64,000 nt of DNA from an uncultured Planctomycetota bacterium (lineage in GTDB: Bacteria > Planctomycetota > Planctomycetia > Isosphaerales > Isosphaeraceae). Both the position numbers and the translations under genes were made by a program. The stretch is taken from assembly GCA_963737655.1 (NCBI GenBank), contig CAVTTN010000002.1, positions 3,648,001 through 3,712,000 of the forward strand, written 5' to 3'. This document shows positions 51,985 to 64,000 of the stretch, in pieces (position 1 is the stretch's first letter; each line of letters begins with the position of its first letter). Under the pieces are notes generated by a model, which worked only from the letters and a program-made list of their open reading frames with translations, searched no databases and was not told the DNA's origin.

Positions 51985-54205
51985 ATGGACCTCTTCGCTG
52001 ACCTCACGCCCGCCCAGCGCGAGGCGGTCTGCCACGTCGATGGCCCGATGCTCGTCCTGGCCGCCGCCGGGTCGGGCAAGACCCGGGTGATCACCCGGAG
52101 GGTCGCCCACCTCCTGAGCCGGGGGATCGCCGGCTCGAACATCCTGGCGCTGACCTTCACCAACAAGGCGGCCGGCGAGATGAGGGAGCGCGTCGCGGCG
52201 CTCGTGCCGGATTCCGGCGTCTGGGTCGGCACGTTCCACGCCCTCTGCGCCCGATTGCTCCGGCAGTACGCCCCCCTCGTCGGCCTCGATCGCGGCTTCT
52301 CGATCTACGACCAGTCGGACCGCCTCAAGGCGGTCAAGCAGGCGATGGAGAGCCTCGACCTGGAGGGCGCGGGCGTCACCCCCGAACGGGTCGATTCGGC
52401 GATCAGCCGGGCCAAGAACGACCTGATCGGCCCCGAGGCGATGGCCCGTCGCGGCGACGGCGACCACGTCTCGGCCGTCGTGGCCCGCGTGTACAAGGTT
52501 TATCAGGAAAAACTGGCGAGGGCCTCGGCCGTCGATTTCGACGACCTGCTCGTCCACCTCGTCTCGATCCTCAAGGACAACCCCGAGGTCCGCCGGGACC
52601 TCGACGCCCGGTTCCGTTACGTCCTGGTGGACGAATATCAGGATACGAACCTGGCCCAGTACGCGATCGTCCGCGCCCTGTCGGTCGATCGCCCCAACCT
52701 GGCCGTGACCGGCGACCCCGACCAATCCATCTATGGATGGAGGGGCGCCAATCTGAACAATATCCTCGAATTCGAGCATGATTACCCCGGCTGCAAGGTC
52801 GTGAAGCTGGAGAGGAATTACCGCAGCACCAAGAACATCCTCCGGGTGGCTGACGGCCTGATCCGCCACAATCGCCGGAGGAAGCCCAAGGCCCTGACGA
52901 CCGAGAACCCGGATGGCCCTCCGGTCGAGCCTCACGGTGTATTCGACCGAGTCCGAGGAGGCGCAGGGCGTGGCGACGAGGATCGCGGGCCTCGTCCGCG
53001 ACGGGGAATTCGGCTTCCGAGACTGTGCAATCTTCTGCCGGGTCACCGCGCTGACGAGGACCATCGAGGCCTCGCTCCGGGCCGCGAAGGTGCCGTATCA
53101 GGTCGTCGGCGGGGTCTCGTTCTACGATCGCCAGGAAATCAAGGACGTTCTCTCGTATCTGAACCTGATGGCCAATCCGAGGAATGACGTGGCGTTCTCC
53201 CGGGTGGTGAACGTGCCGCCGAGGGGCCTGGGCAAGACGTCCCTGGAGAAGCTCTCGGCCCGGGCCGCCGAGCTCGACCTGCCTCTCCTGGCGATGGCCC
53301 GCCAGGCGGCTGTGGTGCCGGGCCTGAAGGACAAGGCGGCGCGGGGCCTCCGCGACTTCGCCATGCTCATGGATGAACTCGCGGCGATCCGCGACCATGC
53401 CGCCGAGGAGGTCATCCGCCGCCTCCTGTCGCTCTCGGGCTATCACAAGCACCTGGAGGACGAGGCGAAGGCCGGGGGGGATGATCGATTGGCGAACGTC
53501 GATGAACTGGTCTCGGCGGCCCGCCAGTTCGACCGCGAGAACCCCGGCGCCTCGATCCTCGAATTCCTCGAGGACATCAGCCTCGCGTCGGCCGTCGATC
53601 GCTGGAACGACGACGCCGGGGCCGTCACCCTGATGACGCTCCACGCCGCCAAGGGGCTGGAATTCCCGGCCGTGTTCATCGTCGGCCTGGAGCAGGGATT
53701 GCTCCCCCACTCGCGATCGAACGAGGACGACGGGGAGCTCGAAGAGGAGCGCCGACTCCTGTTCGTCGGGATCACCCGGGCCCGCCGGGAGCTCTACCTG
53801 AGCCATTGCAAGGTCCGCGAGTTCCGGGGCCAGAGGACGGTGACGATCCCGTCATGCTTCCTCTCCGAACTCCCCGAGGACTCGATCACCTGTCGAGACC
53901 TGACCGAGACGGCGGCTTGGACCCCCTCGCCCCGACGCCCTCCGCCGTCGCAACCCCCGACGGGCTTCCGCCTGACCACGGCGGCGGAGCTCGCCAACCT
54001 CGCCCCCAGGCCCGCCTCGGCGTCCGCCGACGACCTCGCCGCGTTCCAGCCCGGGGTGACCGTCCGCCACCCCGAGTACGGCCTCGGGAGGATCGTCGCC
54101 ATCGACGGAGCCGGCCCAAACCGCAAGGGCCGGGTCGCCTTCGCCGTCGGAGGGGAACGAACATTCGTCCTGGCGCGGTCACCTCTCCGAAAAGTCGGGT
54201 CCTGA
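51985..54205 (+). CDS. pcrA: UvrD/PcrA-family ATP-dependent DNA helicase; frameshift near 52930
   Basis: 'AGSGKT', 'VDEYQDTN', 'GDPDQSIYGWRGA', 'NYRST', then 'TLHAAKGLEF' and 'EERRLLFVGITRA'. Confidence 0.92.
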
Positions 54206-54249
54206 GGGTCCCGCCGACTTATGACAAAGGATTTTATGACGACATGAAA

Positions 54250-54279
54250 TTGACGGAGCGGGTGAAGATAGGCTAGAAT
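54250..54279 (+). promoter_or_regulatory. Putative sigma70 promoter for dapA
   Basis: TTGACG, 18-bp spacer, TAGAAT. Confidence 0.5.
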
Positions 54280-54418
54280 TCGGACGACTTCAGACCCTCT
54301 TCAGGCGATTTCGGTTCGATCCCTCTTTCTCGACGACTTCCTCACCCCGTACACTGATTCCGCCTCCGAGGGAGGCTTTGTTCCGGGTCCCGGTCCCGTC
54401 CGTGAGTGGGAGAAGTCG

Positions 54419-55321
54419 ATGTCGTCGTCTCGAGGCGGTATGTTCGCGGGCCTGACCGTGGCCCTGGTCACCCCGTTCCGCGACGGGGCCGTCGATTTCG
54501 AGGCCCTGGGACGTCAGGTCGATTGGCAGATCGGGCAGGGCACGCCGACGATCAGCCCGGTCGGGACCACGGGCGAGAGCCCGACGCTCTCTCACGAGGA
54601 ACACGAGAAGGTCATCGCCTTCGTCGTCGAACGGTCGGCCGGACGCGCCCGGGTCCTCGCCGGGACCGGCTCGAACGCCACGAGCGAGGCCGTCCGCCTG
54701 ACGAAGTTCGCCGCCCGAGCCGGCGCCGACGGCGCCCTCCTGGTCTCTCCCTACTACAACCGGCCGAGCCAGGAAGGGCTGTACGCCCATTATGCCCGGG
54801 TCGCGGAGAGCGTGGATCTCCCCCAGGTCCTCTACAACGTCCCCGGCCGGACCGGCCGGAACCTCGAGCCGGAGACCGTCGAGCGGTTGGCGAAGTTCCC
54901 GGCGATCGTGGCCGTGAAGGAGGCCGCCGGCTCCCTGGATCAGGTCAGCGACATCCTCAACCGGTGTGACCTGACCGTCCTCTCCGGGGACGATAGCCTG
55001 ACCCTGCCGATGATGGCCGTGGGGGCCTCGGGCGTGGTGTCGGTGGTCGGGAACCTGGTGCCGGGCGACGTCCTGGCGATGATCTCCGCGGTCCAGGCCG
55101 ACGACTGGGCGGGGGCGCGTCGGCTCCACGCGAAGCTGTTTCCGCTCTGTCGCGACCTGCTCTCGATCGCGGCGAATCCGATCCCGGTGAAGCTCGCGAT
55201 GAAGCTCCTGGGCCGGGGCAACGGCGAGCTTCGCCTGCCCCTGTGCGCTCCGGACGACGCCGGCCTGGGCCGGCTGCGCGCGACCCTCGCGGCCTACGGC
55301 CTCACTCCCCAGGATTCCTGA
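54419..55321 (+). CDS. dapA: 4-hydroxy-tetrahydrodipicolinate synthase
   Basis: 'GTTGESPTL', 'PYYNRP', 'YNVPGRT', 'VKEA', 'SGDD', 'NPIPVK'. Confidence 0.95.
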   Translation: MSSSRGGMFAGLTVALVTPFRDGAVDFEALGRQVDWQIGQGTPTISPVGTTGESPTLSHEEHEKVIAFVVERSAGRARVLAGTGSNATSEAVRLTKFAARAGADGALLVSPYYNRPSQEGLYAHYARVAESVDLPQVLYNVPGRTGRNLEPETVERLAKFPAIVAVKEAAGSLDQVSDILNRCDLTVLSGDDSLTLPMMAVGASGVVSVVGNLVPGDVLAMISAVQADDWAGARRLHAKLFPLCRDLLSIAANPIPVKLAMKLLGRGNGELRLPLCAPDDAGLGRLRATLAAYGLTPQDS

Positions 55322-55694
55322 TCCGGCACGATCGATCGAGATCCTCCTGCCGACTCGTGATTCTGCGATTGATCCCTTCTCGGCATGTCAAGTGCAACAG
55401 TTCCAGCGCAAGGACTTTGCCGAGATCCTGGCCCGAATCGGGGCCTGGCGTTTGACTTTCCCACCTCGGCCGGGTGCCGGGGTCCGGGGTTGCTCGTCCC
55501 CGCGATCCCGCCGAGCTTTGATCCTGACGGCCGAGCACCTGCGACCGTCCCGCCCGGGAGGTTTCGACCCGACTCGCGGTCGGGCCTCCCTTGGAATATG
55601 GGTCTCCGACCTGCGCCCAGCCGGAGTTCACGACCATGGCCAAGAAGGCGCCGAGCGCGCATCCGGGAGCAGCAACGGGACGACTCTGACCGTG

Positions 55695-56039
55695 ATGCCT
55701 CCCATCAGCGAACAATCGGTGCGTGACCTCGCCCAGGTGTTCAAGCTCCTGAGCGATGAGACGCGTCTGCGAATCCTCCTGTACCTCGCCCAGAGCGGCG
55801 AGCTCCACGTCACGGACCTCTGCAACCGGCTGGGCCAGAGTCAGCCGGCCGTGAGCCACCACCTGGCCCTCCTGCGGGTCTCGGGGTTGATCGAGTCCCG
55901 TCGCGAGGGGAAGCACAACTTCTACAGCGTCCGGGGCGAGTATTTCGGCGAGCTCCTGCAGGACCTGCTCTCGGCCGCCGGAGACATGCCCAAGAAGGTC
56001 CGGTTCCACCAGTTCCTCCTCAGCCACGAGGCGGATTGA
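55695..56039 (+). CDS. ArsR/SmtB-family transcriptional regulator; may really start at ATG 55636 through another frameshift
   Basis: 'FKLLSDETRLRIL...SQPAVSHHLALLR..GL...RREGK..FY'. Confidence 0.88.
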   Translation: MPPISEQSVRDLAQVFKLLSDETRLRILLYLAQSGELHVTDLCNRLGQSQPAVSHHLALLRVSGLIESRREGKHNFYSVRGEYFGELLQDLLSAAGDMPKKVRFHQFLLSHEAD

Positions 56040-56153
56040 GGATCGGGCCGCTCGCAGTTCCTCGCCCTCTTGCGGTTCTTCGGCCCCCCGTCGCGACCTC
56101 GCGATCGGGGGGCCGCTCTACTGCTACTGCCCCGGGGATCGGTGGCTTCGCCC

Positions 56154-57770
<1,617 letters not shown>

Positions 57771-57873
57771 CCTCGACCATCGCCGGTTCGGCGTGAAGGG
57801 CTCTTGTCAAGGCGTCGTCATTGTCCCCCAAGAAGCCCGAGGATACCAGACCGTTTCGGCGATCCGCCGGCCT

Positions 57874-59517
57874 TCACGACGACCCGCCCGGCTCCCCGGC
57901 CTGGGTCATCGTCCGGGCCCGTTTCACCAGGGTCTTGATCACCGCGCCGAGCACGCACAGGGTCACCATGCTCATGAAGTGATGGGCCGGCTTCTCCAGG
58001 AAGCCTTGCCGGAGCAGCGCCTCCAATACGAGCACGCCATAGGCCGCCACCGCCATCGCGGTCGTGGCCCAGACCAGGGGGACGCGGAACCACAAGCCGG
58101 ACGCCGCCACGAGGAGCGCGTATCCGTTGATCAGCGGGCTGATCATCGCGTCATCGACGATCAGGAGGATCGTCAACAGGGCCAGATCGGTCCCGGCCCA
58201 GGCCAGGCGGGCGGCGTCGGGCCGCTTCCCCATGCGGAGGACGGCTCGGAAGAGCCAGGCCGAGGCCCCCCAGAGCAGCAGGATGCCCATGACCTTGGCA
58301 TGGAGCACGGCCGTCCGGGGCCTCATGATCCGGTAATTCGCCTCGGCGACGATCAGGCAGAGCCCGATCCCCCCGATCCGAGACGCCACCGCCGGCTCGC
58401 GACGGGCCCAGCGACGGATTCGGAGCAACAGGCCGCGACGACGGATCTCGACCTCGTCCCCCCTCGCGAATTTCTCCAGGTCGTCGGCCAAATCCTCGGC
58501 CGTCTTGTAGCGGTCGGCGGGGGCTTTCTCCAGGCATTTCAGGCAGATGAATTCCAGGCTCGACGGCACGTCGGATCGCAGCTCCCGCAGGGGGGTCGGC
58601 TCCCTCTGGAGCACTTGCATCAACGTGTCCATCGGGTTCGGGTCGCAGAACGGCGGCCGGCCCGTGAGGAGCTCGTAAAGGATCGCGCCGAGGCTGTAGA
58701 TGTCGCCCGCCGGACCGACTCTCGACGGGTTCCCGCCGGCCTGTTCCGGGCTCATGTAGCTGGGCGTCCCCAGGATCGTCCCGGAGCACGTCCCCTGCCC
58801 TCCGCCTTCCTCGATCAGCTTGACGAGGCCGAAGTCCGTGACCAGGGGGCGGCCGTTGGCGTCGATCAGGATATTGGAGGGCTTCAAATCGCGATGGATG
58901 ATCCCCTTGGAATGGAGGCGGCCGACGGCCCGGGCCACCGTCGCCATCAGGACCGCCGCCGAGGTCGGGTCCATCTTCTGCTTGTGGAGCTTCTCGGCGA
59001 GGCTGGGCCCGTCCACGAACTCCATCGCGAAGTAGTGCTGGCCGTGGATCTGGCCCACGTCGTGGATCGCCACCACGTGGGGATCGTGAAGACGGGCCGC
59101 CGCCCTCGCCTCGGCGTAGAACCGCTCGACCTGCTCGGGGCCCGCCAGGTGGCTGCCCAGGATCATCTTGACCGCCACCGTGCGATCCAGGCCCTTCTGA
59201 CGAGCCTTGTACACCACCCCCATCCCCCCCCGGCCGATCTCCCCCAGCAGCTCGTACCGGCCGAAATCCTTGCCGTTCCACGAGGAGAACGTCGGGCCGG
59301 ATGAGCCTTCAGACGACTCGTTGGGGGCGAGCGTCGCGGGCCAGTGGAGGGTCTCCGCGGAACCATCCGACGGGGCCGAACCGGGGTGCGTGGCCTGCGT
59401 CGGTCCATCGACGAGCGTACTCTGGTTGTCGAGATCGACCTCGGGCCGTCTCGGGGGGAGCGCGACGGTCGGCGGGATCGGGATCTTCTCGGTGATCTCG
59501 TTCGGATCGGTTGACAT
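57874..59517 (-). CDS. Paralogous Hanks-type Ser/Thr kinase with a C-terminal multi-TM domain
   Basis: Same motifs (HRDLKPSN, DFG, SPE); start taken at 'MSTDPNE'. Confidence 0.92.
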   Translation of the reverse strand: MSTDPNEITEKIPIPPTVALPPRRPEVDLDNQSTLVDGPTQATHPGSAPSDGSAETLHWPATLAPNESSEGSSGPTFSSWNGKDFGRYELLGEIGRGGMGVVYKARQKGLDRTVAVKMILGSHLAGPEQVERFYAEARAAARLHDPHVVAIHDVGQIHGQHYFAMEFVDGPSLAEKLHKQKMDPTSAAVLMATVARAVGRLHSKGIIHRDLKPSNILIDANGRPLVTDFGLVKLIEEGGGQGTCSGTILGTPSYMSPEQAGGNPSRVGPAGDIYSLGAILYELLTGRPPFCDPNPMDTLMQVLQREPTPLRELRSDVPSSLEFICLKCLEKAPADRYKTAEDLADDLEKFARGDEVEIRRRGLLLRIRRWARREPAVASRIGGIGLCLIVAEANYRIMRPRTAVLHAKVMGILLLWGASAWLFRAVLRMGKRPDAARLAWAGTDLALLTILLIVDDAMISPLINGYALLVAASGLWFRVPLVWATTAMAVAAYGVLVLEALLRQGFLEKPAHHFMSMVTLCVLGAVIKTLVKRARTMTQAGEPGGSS

Positions 59518-59594
59518 CGCGGGCCCCGATCGCTCGGCCGAGGAGGGGGAAATCGTGGGATCATCTTCGCGGATCGAAACGAAGAGAACCAGGG

Positions 59595-62520
<2,926 letters not shown>

Positions 62521-62596
62521 CGTTCGATCCGGTCGGGGTGAGAGGAATGCGAATCCCGAGAGAATGGGCGAAGTTTAGCCCATCGGGGGCCGGGCT

Positions 62597-63007
62597 TCAA
62601 CCGTCGAGGAGCCAGGGGATTTCCTCGAACGACTCGGGATCGAGCCGCCAGGCCCGAATCTCGGGTTCCTCGCCGAGCAAGGAGACGATGATCCGGGGGA
62701 CCTCGCCGTAATAGTTCGTGGCCAGGTCCGTCCGGCTGGGGGTCGCGGCCCACCTCGGGTGGGAATGGTAGATCGCCACGATCTCATCCCCCCGTTCCCT
62801 CATGGAGACCACGGCGCGGATGACCTCCTGAGGGTCCGCCTCGTACCGGGTCTCGCTGGCCAGGGAGTTGGTCAGGGGATGGAAGGTGGCCGCCCGCCGC
62901 CCTCGCCCCCCGAGGAGCCCGCAGCACTCCCGGGGGGCTTCCCGCCGGCAGTGGGCGACCATCGCGTCGCGGAGGTCTCCGGGGATCGCCAGGGGGTCGC
63001 CGGTCAT
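62597..63007 (-). CDS. JAB/MPN+ (M67, Mec-like) metallopeptidase
   Basis: 'ECCGLL' and 'YHSHP...PSRTD' (JAMM motif); ATGA overlap with cysK. Confidence 0.88.
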   Translation of the reverse strand: MTGDPLAIPGDLRDAMVAHCRREAPRECCGLLGGRGRRAATFHPLTNSLASETRYEADPQEVIRAVVSMRERGDEIVAIYHSHPRWAATPSRTDLATNYYGEVPRIIVSLLGEEPEIRAWRLDPESFEEIPWLLDG

Positions 63008-63969
63008 TCGGGGAACAGGGGCGTCGAGAGGTAACGCTCGCCCAGGTCGGGGAGGATCACCACGACCATCTTCCCGGCGTTCTCGGGCCTCTTCGCGACC
63101 TGGAGGGCCGCCGTGGCCGCCGCCCCGCAGGAGATCCCGCAGAGCATGCCCTCTTCCTTGGCCAGTCGGCGGGTCGTCTCGAAGGCGTCCTCGTCGCGGA
63201 CCTGGACGACCTCGTCGATCACCTCGACGTTCAGGTTATCGGGGATGAAGCCCGCGCCGATCCCCTGGATCTTGTGGGGCCCGGGCTTGTTCGGCTCGCC
63301 GCTCCGTCTCTGGGTGATGACCGGGGAGTTCACCGGCTCCACGGCGATGACCTTCAGGCCCGGCTTGCGTTGCTTCAAGACCTCGCCGCAGCCGGTGATC
63401 GTCCCCCCGGTGCCCACGCCGGCCACGAGGATGTCGATCCGGCCGTCGGTGTCTCGCCAGATCTCCTCGGCGGTGGTCTTGCGGTGGATCTCGGGGTTCG
63501 CCGGGTTCTTGAACTGCTGGGGCATGAAGGCGTTGGGCGTGTTCTTGACGATCTCCTCGGCGCGGCGGACGGCCCCGGGCATCCCCTCTCCGGCCGGGGT
63601 CAGCACGATCTCGGCGCCGAACGCCTTGAGGAGCCGCCTTCGCTCCAGGCTCATGCTCTCGGGCATGGTGACCATCAGCTTGTAGCCCCGGGCGGCGCAG
63701 GTGAAGGCCAGGGCGATCCCGGTATTGCCGCTGGTGGGCTCGACGATCACCGTCTCGGGGCCGATCTTGCCGTCTCGCTCGGCGGCGTCGATCATGGCCA
63801 CGCCGATGCGGTCCTTCACCGACCACAGGGGGTTGAAGTTCTCCAGCTTCGCCACGACCTCGGCCACGCACCCGGCCGAGACCCGCCGGAGTCGGATCAA
63901 GGGCGTGTTGCCGATGGTCTGGGTGATGTCGTCGTAGATCCGGCCCCGGGTCCTCTCGGCGATGGCCAT
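63004..63969 (-). CDS. cysK: Cysteine synthase A
   Basis: 'SVKDR', 'EPTSGNTG', 'GVGTGGT', '[12 protein letters not shown]', 'GERYLST'. Confidence 0.95.
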   Translation of the reverse strand: MAIAERTRGRIYDDITQTIGNTPLIRLRRVSAGCVAEVVAKLENFNPLWSVKDRIGVAMIDAAERDGKIGPETVIVEPTSGNTGIALAFTCAARGYKLMVTMPESMSLERRRLLKAFGAEIVLTPAGEGMPGAVRRAEEIVKNTPNAFMPQQFKNPANPEIHRKTTAEEIWRDTDGRIDILVAGVGTGGTITGCGEVLKQRKPGLKVIAVEPVNSPVITQRRSGEPNKPGPHKIQGIGAGFIPDNLNVEVIDEVVQVRDEDAFETTRRLAKEEGMLCGISCGAAATAALQVAKRPENAGKMVVVILPDLGERYLSTPLFPE

Positions 63970-64000
63970 GCCCTGGTTCTCCTGGCTGACGAAATGGGAC

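Noticed and set aside
54280..54418. Lysine riboswitch upstream of dapA
   Set aside because: The leader is short and I see no recognisable L-box consensus.
55636..55689. 17-codon ORF (MAKKAPS...) upstream of the ArsR gene as a leader peptide
   Set aside because: It has the better RBS and probably is the true ArsR N-terminus, displaced by an indel. It cannot be resolved without reads.

Overview
High-GC bacterial chromosomal segment that looks planctomycete (Isosphaeraceae-like). This assignment is inferred from gene content: LEPR-XLL-type leaders, many Ser/Thr kinases, and a planctomycete-style pilM-to-secretin cluster. Left to right: a four-gene type IV pilus/T2SS-like envelope cluster (PilM fused to a PilN-like membrane part, two large unknown membrane-anchored proteins, a 1472-aa secretin); a YdjY-like exported protein; a hidden selenoprotein (AhpC/TSA-like, in-frame TGA in a UxxC motif followed by a SECIS-like hairpin) divergent from cysH and a fused sat-cysC; a pseudokinase-TPR gene; mtnA and ald; two giant Calx-beta/beta-helix surface proteins (about 3790 aa with a five-domain super-repeat, and 1236 aa); a small accessory patch with a candidate orphan toxin/immunity pair; topA, a PpiD/SurA-like protein, cobB, cobM, der, acpS, pcrA/uvrD, dapA, an ArsR regulator, two tandem membrane Ser/Thr kinases, ligA, ndk, a JAB/Mec protein and cysK. 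About ten single-base frameshifts, one in topA, are most likely long-read assembly errors. No rRNA, tRNA, CRISPR array or transposase was recognised.
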